A stretch of DNA of 64,000 nt. Source: Camelus ferus. Its lineage: Eukaryota. This document shows, in pieces, positions 24,703-37,684 of the stretch (positions are counted from its first letter, which is position 1; every line of letters starts with the position of its first letter). The notes beneath the pieces are model-generated. The model ran no database searches, was not told the DNA's origin, and saw only the letters and a program-made list of their open reading frames with translations. The DNA lies in assembly GCF_009834535.1 (NCBI RefSeq), contig NC_045696.1, positions 29,700,001 to 29,764,000 of the forward strand, written 5' to 3'. The position numbers and the translations under genes are program-made.

Positions 24703-25160
24703 ATATAATAGCTTGAATTGTGGTCCCCAAAAAGATATGTCCATGTCCTAATCCTCAGAACCTGTGAATGTTAGCTTATTGAGGGTAAAAGTCTTTGCAG
24801 ATGTAATTAAGTTAAGGATCTTGAGATGAGAAGCTCATCCGGATACTCTGGATGGGTCCTAAATCCAATGAGCGTACTCTGAAGAGACCTGCAGAGGAGA
24901 TAGTCACAGAGAAGTGAAGGCAATATGACCATGAAGCCAGAGATCCTGGTAATACAGCCGCAAGTCAAGGGATGCCAACGGGCACTGGAAGCTAGAAAAG
25001 GCAAAGAACAGATTGTCCTGAGAATATTCAGAAGAAATGTGACCTTGCCAACACCTTGATTTCAGACTTCTGGCCTCTACAACTGTGAGAGAATAAATTT
25101 CTGTTCTTTTAACCCACGCAGTTTGTGGTAATTTGTTTTGGCAGCCTTAGGATTCTAATA
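24703..25160 (+). mobile_element. MaLR solo LTR (MLT1C/D-like)
   Basis: ctttgcagatgtaattaagttaaggatcttgagatgag and caccttgatttcagacttctggcct...gaataaatttctgtt. Confidence 0.88.
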
Positions 25161-25609
25161 GGTCTATTCAGTTTTTCTTAATGAGTTCTCAGTGATTGCA
25201 GATTGGAAGCTGCAAATCACACAGCAGAGGAATTATTTTAGGATGTTAATTGGCTTACATATATACCACCTATTCAACAAAAGGGATTTGAGGTGGCTAA
25301 TAAAAATACTTGTGATAGGTGAAATAATACTTGACAGAAACAGAAAACAACAAATCAGAGTGGAGAAAATCCATAACATTTAAGCTCAGACTTAGTTCTT
25401 AGATTCCTAGTAGCAAAAGCAAAGAAGGAACGATATTAGGTATGTATAGTTTTTTGAAGTTTGGATTGCTTTTTCTAGTTAGAAAGGGCTCTATAAAAGA
25501 TAAATATTGAATACATTTTGAATAATGTACTTGGAATCCAATTTTAGATAAACTACAAAGGCTTTTCCCAGATAGTTTTTTCCCATGGATAGCAGTATGA
25601 TATTGTTGT

Positions 25610-25820
25610 TATGGACGCAGACCTTGAAACCAGGCTGTCTGGGTTTAGATCTCAATCTGTCACTCACTACTGTGTGCCCATGGCAGGTTAATCTCTTTGT
25701 GCCTTAGTTGCCATTTCTGTAAAGTGGGAATGATAATAATGCATGTTTTCTTATTGAGAGGATTAAATGGCTCAATAACTATGAGAACAGCATGTACTAA
25801 TCACTCAGTAAATGCTAGCA
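25610..25820 (+). mobile_element. MIR SINE
   Basis: ctctttgtgccttagttgccatttctgtaaagtgggaatgataata. Confidence 0.75.
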
Positions 25821-27389
25821 CTTAGATTTCTTCAAAGGCAAAACAATAGCAAAGGATAATGATATGTTCCATACACAACACTTTGTAATAATCTAGATAA
25901 GTACAAAAGTAAGGTATTAAGACCTTGAGGATTGTTGGCACACTCTCAGGGAAAAAAAGTGTTGTTATGTCAGTGAACTCTAACCTGGATTCTGGTGGAC
26001 ACTAACACTGAGCTGAGGTTTTTCTAAAGGAATATTTTCACCAGGAACTAATGTGTTCCTTTGATCAATGTTAGTAAACAAATGCTTGTTACCAGTCCTC
26101 AAAGAGAAAAATGAAGGAATTGAGAGAAAGTGTTTAGAAACTTCAATATCAATTTGAGTAATTTTATATCTAAAAATATTTTAAAATTGTGCTTGTATTT
26201 GGCATTTTGAAATTTTTATTTCTCTAAAAAATTATTTTAATTTTATTTAATGAAACTATTTACCCATGACTGATTGTTGGGGAAAAAACTTTTCCTTCAT
26301 CACTGAAAGTTTGATAAGCTTAGCACTTTGTGAGAAGAGTGAGAGAACTCTTCTCACAAAATTCTTTATCTGTGCAAATGCCCTGATGAGTACATACTAG
26401 ACACTCCAAAATTCTCATTTAAAAAAAGAATTACACTGACTTGAAATATTTTAATAATAAAATTATAATTTATATTTTACATGTTCAAGGTCAAAACTAA
26501 ATTATTCAAGTAGGGCTTTGTTGTCATAGATGCTAATCTATTCAAATTGCACTGCAAAACAAAACAAAACAAAATTACATTGCAAGATGACCATGCCAAA
26601 TTATTCAAAGACAAATTGTAAAGTATGGGGAAGTTATCTAGGATGTTACTGTGTTACATATTCTTTGATAGAAATGTCTTTGGAGCTGCATAGGTTGAGC
26701 CTGTTGACAAAAAAGAAACAGGCAAAGGATGATTCAAAAGACTATAAAATGCCTATTTACTAAAGCAAAATAACCTGGTGCTTTAGCCATAATCCTAGCT
26801 ATACGGTATTCTGCTGGAGGACGTCAAGTTTTAACCTGAAAATAACAATTTTTCTTATTTTGGACTTTGAACATGGCAGAATTCTAGTCTCAAGCTCTGT
26901 CATTTATAAGCCATGTGACCTTGGGCAGGTCACTTTTACAACCTCAGTTTCATGTTACTATATATGTAAAAGAATATGATTGGGAAGATATGACATCAAA
27001 ATACGGTAATATCAAGACCAACACTAGAAGGGTCCAAGGCAACTCAGTTAATTTAGGGGGGAAGAGGCGAAGTTGAGCTATTATGACTATATCTAATAAA
27101 AGTCACAGCAGATAACCTTCCCAACTCTCCCTCTACCCCAATAGGAGGCTTCTCTTACTGCCTCACTCAAAGGACAAAGAGCTCTGATAATATTGGGGTG
27201 GGTGGCTTATAATAATGATAGATTATAATGCTTTAGAAGACTGCTTCTGTAAAAATTAATGACAGCATCTTCAAAATGAACCTTTACAACATTACATTTC
27301 TAAATTCCATATAGCCTATAATTGTAGGAGGTTTTTTTTCCAGAAAATTCTCTTTGAAACTAAATTATTAGAGAAGAAAATGAACCTGA

Positions 27390-28850
27390 CCTAAGTTAAC
27401 TTTGGAAAACACTATTTTGACTACGCACTGTAAGGCTTAAAAAAAAAAAGAACTGTACATAAACACTGTACTCTAGTTGTTAAATTCAGTTTTCACAGGA
27501 GTATGGGCTAGGTATTCTGCAATTCTGCTAGACTATTCTGCGTGTACTACAACTGAAAAAATAAGTAAATAAATTGCGGATAATGGGAGCCAGTTTCTGG
27601 CTGTCAGAGATTGAAGTTAAATAAGCATTGGAGGAAAGATAGCATAAGCCCTGTAGTGCTTGAGATAGGGATATGAACTCACGTGCACACACATGCACAG
27701 ATAAATGTTAAAAAAAAATGTGTATACATTGCTTTGTATAATACATTCCTTAGCTCTGTCTGCTGAGAGGATAGGGAAGCAGTGACACCCCAGTAACAAC
27801 AAGCATACCCAGCCCCCAGATCTTAGTTTCTAAACACCATTCCCCAGTAGAAAGACACAGGGCTTCTTGAAGAAACGGCTGATTCAGGGGATGGGTAGTG
27901 AAATGCAAGATGAGCCTGGAGCATTTTACAGTGCCAGAAGGTAAAATAGTGTTTTTTAAGAAAAAGAATGTGGGGGCACATTAGAAGTTCAGGGAAGTCA
28001 ACCAGAAAGAGTCCTCAAATGTTCCAAGCAGGAATCATTTGAGCTACAAAATAAATAATAGGGTTGGACTTTTTAATAGTAGTAGTATTTATAACCCCAA
28101 AGAGTAAAGTAAGTATCAGTGGGTATATCCTAATATACATAATTGATCAGACATGTAAGTGGGGGAGAAGGGGAAAATCTTCCTTCAGAAAAATTCCAAA
28201 TAATTTATGTAGAGCCTCCCCCACCTCAAGGAAGTAGAGCTTAATTCTCTTCCACTGAAATTGAGCTGGACTTAGGTACTTGCTTTCAAATAATAGAATA
28301 TGGAAAGCAGAAAAACAGGAACTTTATAGTGGAGAAACCTGTCAGACTCCATCTTAACCAAGTAATCAAAGTTAACTCCACCAGTGACAAGACATGTTTA
28401 TATTGTGTACCCCTTGATATGATGTGATAAGAAGCACACTTAACCTCTGATATAGTCTTCCCCCAAATCCGCTGAGAATTCCTAATCATGAGAAAATATC
28501 AGACGAAACCAAATCGAAGGTGTTCTGCAAAATACCTGAGTACTCTTAAAAATTGTCGTCATGGAGAACAAGAAAAGACTGGGAAACTATCACCAATTGA
28601 AGAAGACAAGAGATATATGATGATTGAAAGTGAAGTGGTATCCTGGATTGAATTCTAGAATTTAAAAAATGAAATACTGATAAAATTTTGTTTTATTAAT
28701 AGTATTGTACAACCTTTAATTTATTACTTTTGGTAAATGTCCTCATACAAGATTTTAGCATTAGAGGAAGTTGGGTGAAGATACATGGGAACCCTTTGTG
28801 CTGTCTTTGGACATTTTCTACAAGTCTAAAATTGTTCCAAAATAATTGTT
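27390..28850 (+). mobile_element. Old L1MC/MD-like long 3' UTR
   Basis: ctgtactctagttgttaaatt, tttatagtggagaaacctg and ggtatcctggattgaattctagaa. Confidence 0.8.
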
Positions 28851-30409
28851 TTTATATTTATAATGTTAACTATGATAAAATATTAATATTTGTTGATTTT
28901 GGAGAAAAATACATGCAGGTTTCAAAAACTGTTTTTCTATAACTTTAATTTTTTTCTAAAAGAAAATAATATTGCAATATTCCATTTTCCCCCTTTTTTC
29001 CCAGTGTTGTTTAGTACTTACACAAACCTTCATGTTAAATGAAAATATATGCTACTAGTTTAATAATGGCATAGTTAATCAAAAATTTCTGACTCCTTTA
29101 ATGGAATTAGGTATGTTAGATTCTCTGAGCTTATATTAACTCTTTGAATTTACAAGGCTGCCACTTAGTTATCTGGTGGCATAGTGTTCTGAGAAATTTA
29201 AAGGAACTGCTACAAGTACCTAATTAATCCTTACAAAGTTGAGATAATCTGATTCATTAGAAGAACAATGTGTGCCTGGCACTGAACTAGAAATTTTTAA
29301 TTACCATTTTGTACTTTGCCGATAAGTTGATCTTGAGTGAAAAAAAGTGACTGTCTTTAGATGATGTACCAAGTTTAAAGCACAGAACTTCAGGAAATAC
29401 GGAAAATCACAAATAAATGACCTAGATTTTAAGAATTTATTTTTCTCATTTTGAGATAATTTTCCATATACCATTAGATTTTTAAAACAATTTTAATACA
29501 AACTCCTCATTCTTATCTAACTAGTTATTTCATTTTAGTAGCTCATACAAAATATTCACAGTATTGAGTCACTTAAGCCATCAAATATTTTGAAATTGCT
29601 TTTTAATCTGAGTTAATTCTTCCACTATTGGCTTTCATCTATTTTCATTCAGATGTTTCCATCTCTTCTAGAAATGTTTCCTAATTTTCAAGATTTTCTT
29701 TTTATTTTATTAGCAATTATAATAATGCCTTTTAAACTTGAAAATACTCACAATGTTCAAAGATAATGCAGTGAAACCAAGGTTATTTACTTGATACTGA
29801 TATTAAAGGATTTTTTTTAACAAAGATTCTGTTCTTACATAAAATTAACAATCTAGGTATAAACCTACCTATATCAAAATTTCTTCTGAGAACTTTTTTA
29901 GAGATAATTAATTTTGCAGATATCCCTGCTTACCCACATTTATGAACACTTCCTAAATTAATTATTATGTGGGAAGGTAATGTTTCCTAGGCCAACCATA
30001 GTAAATTATTTCATGAGAGTGTTTATCATTTCAACTGACTCAATACTCTACTAGTTATATCATACTTTTGATTTAAAAAACTGTTTGACAGAGCAAGGTT
30101 GAAACGTTTCCTTAATAGGATGAAGTCAGAAAATTTTTTAAGATCTAAGAATAGCTCTAATATTAAAGGATTGTAGAGACTGGATTTGAGGTACACATTT
30201 TTGTGAAGTTATCACACTTATTAAATGACAGATTCTCTTGCAGTATCTAAGTTTGTTTTTTTCTTTTTCCTTTTTATTAGTGAACAGTATTTGGAATAGA
30301 ATTTCTTGCTCATTAAAATCGATACTTCCTCAGAGTAGGGGGAATGTAGTTTAAGTTAAAAAGATATACATATGTATGTGTATGTAGAAAGAAACTTTGG
30401 TTCAGTATT

Positions 30410-33400
30410 TTACCATAAGCTGAATTTTCTACAGAAGAACTATGCAGAGGGTTTCTTAATCTTCCTATCACCCATCTTCATTGAGATCAGCTGGGACTTC
30501 AGCTTCAGGTCAGATGGAGTAATAAGGAATGGATTTACCATCCTGTATGAAACAACAACAAAAATATCAAATCAAAGTGTTGGGCATCAGGCAACCAGAC
30601 AAGGTTATCCCTAAGAGGTGGAAAACAAATGAGGTGAGCCCTATAAATGTCCTAGCTTACTGCCGTGAGAGAATTTCCAAGCCACAGTTCAGGGAAGAGG
30701 AACACAGGCAAAACCCGGCCTGAGGAGGTGGAAGCTGAGGTCCAGAGAGAACAAGCAAGCAAGAATTCATAGCACAACACCATAAAGGAGAGAACTGCAC
30801 AGAAAAATAACCTAGAGTCATTCAGACAGTCCCTGTTGAGTATTCCACAGAGTACTGATCAGTGTTTTGATTTGAGGAAACTGCCAGAGGCTGTGAAAGA
30901 ACCATTCAAAAGATGGAACCATGCTTAATATTCACACAGGGCCAGGAAAAGTACTGGTTCCCTACAGCCAGACTAGAAAAACTCATAATTTATGTAGCAT
31001 TGGGGAGAGTACTCCAAAAGATCTTGTCTCAATGATGTGGATAATTAGTTCTATGCTGGGTACTTTTCTGGAGCCAACTAACAAGTCATAAAAGCAAAAC
31101 CCTAAAGGATCTGTTTCCATATAATGTAACTGCATACTTGAAGGCAGCTTAAGAATATTTATAGTAATATGAAAACATTCATTCAGCAAGTAAAATTTAC
31201 AAGTTCTGGCATCCAATCAAAAGTTTGCTGCAGCCATGCAATGGAGCAGGAAGACCTGATCCATATTGAGGAGAATAATCAATCAATCAAAACTGACTTA
31301 AAATTGATACAGGTGTTTGAATTAGCAGAACCAAGGACATAAACACAGTTATTTTACCTGGATTACATATGTCTAAAAACTTAAGGAGAAATATTGAAGA
31401 TATGAGACAGACCTAACATCAAACTGCTAGAGATGAAATGTATAATGTCTGAAATGACAATTTAAGATATTGAAGAAATAGCAATAGAAACTATGCAAAA
31501 TTTAAAACAGAAAAAAAAAAAAGAATACAAAGAACACCAGTGAACTGTGGAACAACTTCAGGCAACTTTTTATATGTGTAATTGGATCCCCAAGGTAGTG
31601 AAAAGGAAGGAGGACACAAAAAAATTTGAAGACATTCAAATATGGTGGCCAAGATTTTCTGAATCTCATGAAAATTAAACACATTCTAAGAAGTTAGATG
31701 AGCCTTAAGCACAAAAAATGTAAAGAAAACAACACCAGCACACTTTATAATGAAATTACTTTAAACCAGTCATAAAGAGAAAATTTCAAAGCAGCCACAG
31801 GAAAAAGGACATAGTGCGTGTAAACAAACAAAAATGAGGAAGACAGCAGATTTCTCATTGGAAAAAATCCAAAAAGTAGAGCAACATCTTTAAAGATGTG
31901 AAAGAAAAGATTGACAACCTAGAGTTTAATATTCAGTGAACACATTGTTCAAAAATGAAAGCAACAAAAAGATAGTTCAGACATACGAAGATGAAAGAAT
32001 TCATTCTGAGGAGACCTATACCACAAGAAATTTAAAATTTCTTAGACAGGTGAAAAAAGATACCAGATGAAAATATGTACCTGAAGGAATGAAGAGCATC
32101 AGAAAAATAACTACATGGGTAAAAACTAAGAATTTTTTCTTATAATTTAAATTTCTTCAAAAAATAATTGACTAAACAAAATAGTCACAATGTGTGTTTT
32201 ATAATGTGTAAGTAACATTAATCAAAAATAGCATAACAGCTAAAAAAAAATGGAAGTAAACTTTTTAACTTACATTAAGTGGTATAAAATCAGTTGAAGG
32301 CAGACAGTGATAAAATAAAGATACATACAAAAAATCTTACTATAATCATTTAAATAACAAAGAAAAGATGTATAACTAATAATACAACAAAGGAGATGAA
32401 ATGGAATTGCTTAAAAAAATAACAAGATCAAAAGTGGGCAGGAAAAGGAGGGAAGCTGAGCAAAGAATAGAAGGGACAAGAAGGAAACAAGAGATGATAG
32501 GCTTACACCTAACCATATCAATAATCATATTAGATATATTAGGTGCATTGCAATTAAAAAGAGATTGTCAGCTTAGATAAAACAAGAAGATGTAAGGCTC
32601 CCTATAAAAAATTCACTTTAATGTATAAACATACAAAAGAGATGCTATGTTAACACTATTCAAAAAGAAGTTGGAGCAGCTATACTAATATCAAAGTGGA
32701 TTTCAAGGCAGATAATATCACCAGGGACAAATAAGGTCATTTCATGATGAAAGGATCTATCAAAAAGACATAATAATCCTAAATCTTTGCACATTTAATA
32801 ACAGATTTTCAAACTACATAAAGCAAAAACTGATAGAACTGCAAGAAGAAATAGACAGATCCACTATTATAGTTAAAAATTTCAATACCCTTCTCAATAT
32901 ATGATAGAATAAATGGAAAATTAATATTATCATATAGACTATTTGAACATTATCAACACACTTAACTTAAGGGATACACTGCTATAGCACTCCATCCCAC
33001 AACAATAGAATGCACACTCTTTTAGTGTACATGGAAAATTTACCAAGATAGACTATATACAGACAATAAACAAATCTCAATAGTTTTAAATGGGTTAAGT
33101 TATAAAGAGTGTGCTCTCTGACCACAATGAAATTAAATGAGAAAACAACAAAAGAAACATATCTGGAAAATTCAAAAATAGTTGATAATAAATAACATAC
33201 TTCTATGTAAGATATTCATTAAAAAAAGAAATCAAAATAGAATTAGAAAACATTTTAGACTAAATAAAAACACAATATGACAGAAATTTAGTGGGGTGCC
33301 ACTACAGCAGTAATTAGGGGAAAATGTATAGCACTTAAAAGCTGTGTTAGAGAAGAAGAAAGTTCTCAAATCAGTGACCTCACCTTCCACTTTAAAAAAT

Positions 33401-33410
33401 TAGAAAAAGA
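30410..33410 (+). mobile_element. Old L1M 5' region, ORF1 and start of ORF2 (endonuclease region), decayed
   Basis: A-rich strand with motifs gagaaaatttcaaagcagcca, aaactgatagaactgcaagaagaaatagaca and ctctgaccacaatgaaattaaa. Many stops and frameshifts. Confidence 0.85.
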
Positions 33411-33869
33411 AAAGGTGCATCAGGGCTGTGGGGATCTGTGTGTTCATCATGCAACCCTAGGCTGTGCCTGGAATGCAAGCTATCATATGTACCTCTACTA
33501 GGGGATCAGGTTTTTGCTGAGAGAATTTCCCTTAGGGGGTCTTATTCCTAAAGAAGACTAAAGTACTATATGTAGATTTGGGTTAGGGTTTGAAGACTTA
33601 AGACAAACCCTCCCTTAGAGGGCAAATGCAGAAGAGCCAAAAAAGGAGACAAAGGAGAGGTGTTGAAAAAGGTAGAAGAAAACAAGTATACTTACAGACA
33701 TTAAGAGAAGTGCTTCAAAACAGACTTCAGTAAAAGTTATAGAGAAGTCAAGAAGAGGACGTTAGGAACTGATGTTTAGATGATTACTTGTGACTGTAAG
33801 AATGCAATATTGGTAGAGTGGTGGGACAGGAGTTGAATGTTATGAAGACAAACTAGACACAATAACAAC

Positions 33870-34100
33870 ATACAGAGGTAGTTGTTTAGTGTCTGTGAGA
33901 ACCAGACTCCAGAATCAGATTGTCCGGGTTTGAATACTGATTTCATTCTTTAAAAACAATGTAACTTTGGGCAATTTGTTTAATCCTTCTGTCCCAATCA
34001 AATGAGGATAACATAATAACAACAACATCAAAGTTGTTATAAAGATGAAGTAAAAACTTTGTCATGTAGTAAGTGTTCAATAAATATTAGCTATTATGAA
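33870..34100 (+). mobile_element. MIR SINE
   Basis: cagattgtccgggtttgaat...tgtaactttgggcaatttgtttaa...gtgttcaataaatattagctattat. Confidence 0.7.
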
Positions 34101-35029
34101 CGTCATACATTTATTTGAGAAGGTTGGACATGAAAGACAGAAGAAAACTAGATATAGTCCTTTTTCTGTTCACACCAGTTAACAATGGAGAAAATTAAAG
34201 ACCTGCATTACTGTAATAATACAGAGTCAGAAATTATTTTTTATTGAGCTCAGAAATGAATTTTTATTGAGATTTGAACTCCATCTGCTTTCCTTTCTTT
34301 CTGCTCCTGACTCTTGAATCAACAGAGATTTCTTAACCCCTTTTTGCAAGATTCCCAAGTGCTTCTCCCAGTTACTATCTCTGATGTTCCCAACCCTATA
34401 CCATTTCTTCTCTCACACAGATGCCACCTATTCTCCTAATTGCTGACCACTAAGATGAGAGCATGCAAAAGAAGGGTTTGAGAAGACTATATTAATAAGA
34501 ACATAATTTTGAATATATTCTTATTAACATATATTATAAGAAGAATTATCCATGGAACAGAATGTTTATTACAATAGTTATTTAAGATATAAAAAAGAAG
34601 TCTTCTTGTTCATAAGAAGAATATATTCACAAAAAATTATGTAACTTCTTGTGATTATATACTATCTTATGCCCCTCAGTTTTCTTTACCTTTACCTCAG
34701 TTTTCCACTCTAGCAAAAGAGAATGGGGAAGACACAAAAATAAACATTCCCACAAATATGTAATCACAATAAAATCTGGTCAAGTAAAACTCATCAAACA
34801 AACAAATCTGGTAAATTAATCAATTAGTGAATTGGATTCTGGCAAATTGTGTTCTCTGCCTGCCCTTGAGTTCATTGAGATTCCTTTATATCTTTGTAAG
34901 AAATTTCCTCTCTTTTTATTTAAATTAGTTTAAGGGTGGTTTGTAATTACTTGCTTTCAAAAAAACAAACAAAAAAAAACCTTGACCATCACACACTGTC
35001 ACATCTGGCTCCTTTCCATATGCATATAA

Positions 35030-36322
35030 ACATGTTTCATCTTCTCTTTCACTGTCAAATTTCTTAAATGCATTTATATTCTATAATTGCATTACCACCC
35101 TTCTCAGTCATGGTGGTTTCTGGTGGTTTCTACCCCTTACTACACTGCTAAAACCAATCTTACCACAGCTGCCAGTGAGTACTACGTCAATAAATCTAGT
35201 AGAATAATTCCAGTTTTCTTCTAGCTTGGTTTTTCAGTAGCATTTGACATCCTTGACTTTCTCTCTGAAAATATTTTCCTTGGTTTCTTTAATAAAAATT
35301 TTTTTTTAGATTTTTCCTTCTACTGATGTGTCTGTACCTTTCTGATCTCCTCTGTCACCTCTTTCTTGCCTACCTGATCTTTAAATGTCAGAGTTCCTCT
35401 GGAATTTCTTCTCATTTCTGTTTTTTTCTCCAGTTTCTTTTTTCTTTTTGTTTTTATTTTTATTTTTTCAGAAATGGTATCATCAACTTCCCAGCTGCTC
35501 AAGAAAGAAAACTGGCATTCATACAGTCATCCTTGATTACTCCCCCTCCTTCACTGTGCATATAAATCTTAAAAAGTCCACCTCCAAACTGCTCTCAGGT
35601 TTATCCACTTTCCCTCAGCTTTCCTGTGGGTGCCAACCACCCTTCTGTAATTCCCAGCATTGTGTGGTCCCACCTGGACTACTGCAGTGACCTTCTCAGT
35701 GGTCTCTTGCTTTCAATCGATCCCTTCTCTAATTTATTATTTACTTTCATCTAGAGTGTCAAAAAAAAGTAAAAAATAAAAACATAAAATGGGTTAATTC
35801 TTGCTTAAGATTCTTCAACATGTTTCCATTTTTTTTTAGAATAAGTCCAAGCTCCTTAAATGGCTTACAGGGCTTCCCGCAATGTGGATGTTCCCCACCT
35901 ATCATCTCAGTCTCAGCCCTTGCATACACCCTTCTGGTATTTCATTCACACTTAGTTTCTTTTAGTTTTAATGAGGTACTATTATCTCTCTGGCCCCTGG
36001 GCTTTAAAGAAGACTGACTCTTCCCTGAGCCTGAAAGTTCTGCCCCTTTTCCTCCTTTCACCAAGTTAATATGCTTCATCTTTGAGGTCTTAAATAAGAT
36101 GTCATCTTCTTGACAAAGGATTGGATCCAGTAACATTCTGCATATCTCTTTGATAATACCTATTACAGATAAAATTACTTATTTAGTGCCTATACTTTCT
36201 GCCAAATTATAAACTCCATGAGGGTTAAAGCCAAATCTGTTTTATTGCAATGTCCCTAACACCTAGCCTGGGCCAGGCTGATAATACATGCTAAAAAAAT
36301 ATTAAATGAATTAGTAAATGAA
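35030..36322 (+). mobile_element. L2 LINE 3' portion
   Basis: cacctggactactgcagtgacctt and aaactccatgaggg, ending in the (tgaa)n-like tail aaatgaattagtaaatgaatga. Confidence 0.78.
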
Positions 36323-37450
36323 TGACTTTTTCCCAGAATCTACTGTGTGACTATTATAAACTTTTCCTTGAGATGAAGCAAATTCTTTCCCTAAATCTAG
36401 CCTGGTCTTTGGCATTAATAGCTTCAAGTTCTTACTATACACTGTTAGATAGAAGGTCCAACTTCCCCAAAACACCTTACCCAGTAACCTGTCATAACTT
36501 CTCTTCTTTGCTAATTATTCTAAAAGTGCCCTGCCTCTACCTCACTTAAAGTCCCTAATTATAGGATAAAAAATATTAATTGCCTTCCAAAAGGTCAGTG
36601 TTAAATCCATATCATCTTTTTCTGCGGGCAGAGTCTTACTTCCCTTTCTGTGTCCGGTTGGAAGGATTATATTATCAGATTGCTAATTGCCAAACTGCTA
36701 TCCCTGTGGATATCAGAGAAAGAACACACAGCTATTAGTAGGAGCTGTGAGCTTTACCCAGAATAATAGGGCACCCTCTGACCTTTATGTTTTGGAATAC
36801 TAAATAAGAAAATTAGACATGAGAAAGAAGGATGACACTGAAGACTAACTTTTCCTTTCTCATAATTTTACAGAACTTAGCCCAGGTGCTTTTAAAATTG
36901 ATAGGTAAATTTGAGTAACGCTTTTAATCTAGGATAATAGAGAGTGGTTCTTGGGTACTAGACTCATGTACCAGCTCTCTCTGTTGTCTGTGTCACTGGC
37001 CAACTGAAGGCAGAATGAATGAAATTAACCCAGCAGGCATACATGGTTCCAAGTTCCATGACATACATTAGAAAGAACTTAAGCACAGGCCTTAAATTGC
37101 ACCCTAAAATAAGGCCAAATCAGCAAAATTACTTGTACATAAATTTTATTTGAAAAAAAGAGTGAAACAAGGCAGATAAGTAAAATATAAAATGCTTGGC
37201 AGTTGATACTAGAAGTACAAGGGGGAAGAGGCACATTCATACATGTGTGCACTGCATTTCATCAGTTCTGTGGTGCCCTTCTTCGTCTTAGTTTTCATCT
37301 ATGAAATGGTGGTGCAGCTCACAATTGATGTGTCAAATTTAATTTGAAATATGTTTTCTTTCTTAGTGGTGCATATAATGATGTGCCTTATAATCAATGA
37401 GTGATTGATTTAAAAACTGTCAATTAGAGCAGATAATGTCACAACAGTTA

Positions 37451-37684
37451 CAGTGGGCCCTCCATATCCTCTGGTTCCACATCCACAGAGTCAATCAACC
37501 TCCTATCGATTTTTGATTTTTGATCTCCAGTTGGTTGAATATGCAGATGCAGAACCCATGATATAAGGTTCCAACTGTAGTACATAGTTTTACATAAAGG
37601 ACTTGACAATCTGTGGATTTAGCTATTGGCGCTCAGGGTTGAGGAGATGGTGGATTCCAGGGCCAGGGGCAGGGCGGGCCACTG
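37451..37684. mobile_element. TcMar-Tigger MITE (MER2B/MER46-like)
   Basis: TA|cagtgggccc...gggccactg|TA gives terminal inverted repeats with a TA target duplication. Confidence 0.75.

Noticed and set aside
30410..33410. Active L1 or domesticated ORF1/ORF2
   Set aside because: No long sense ORF survives, the sequence is heavily decayed, and the element is 3'-truncated.
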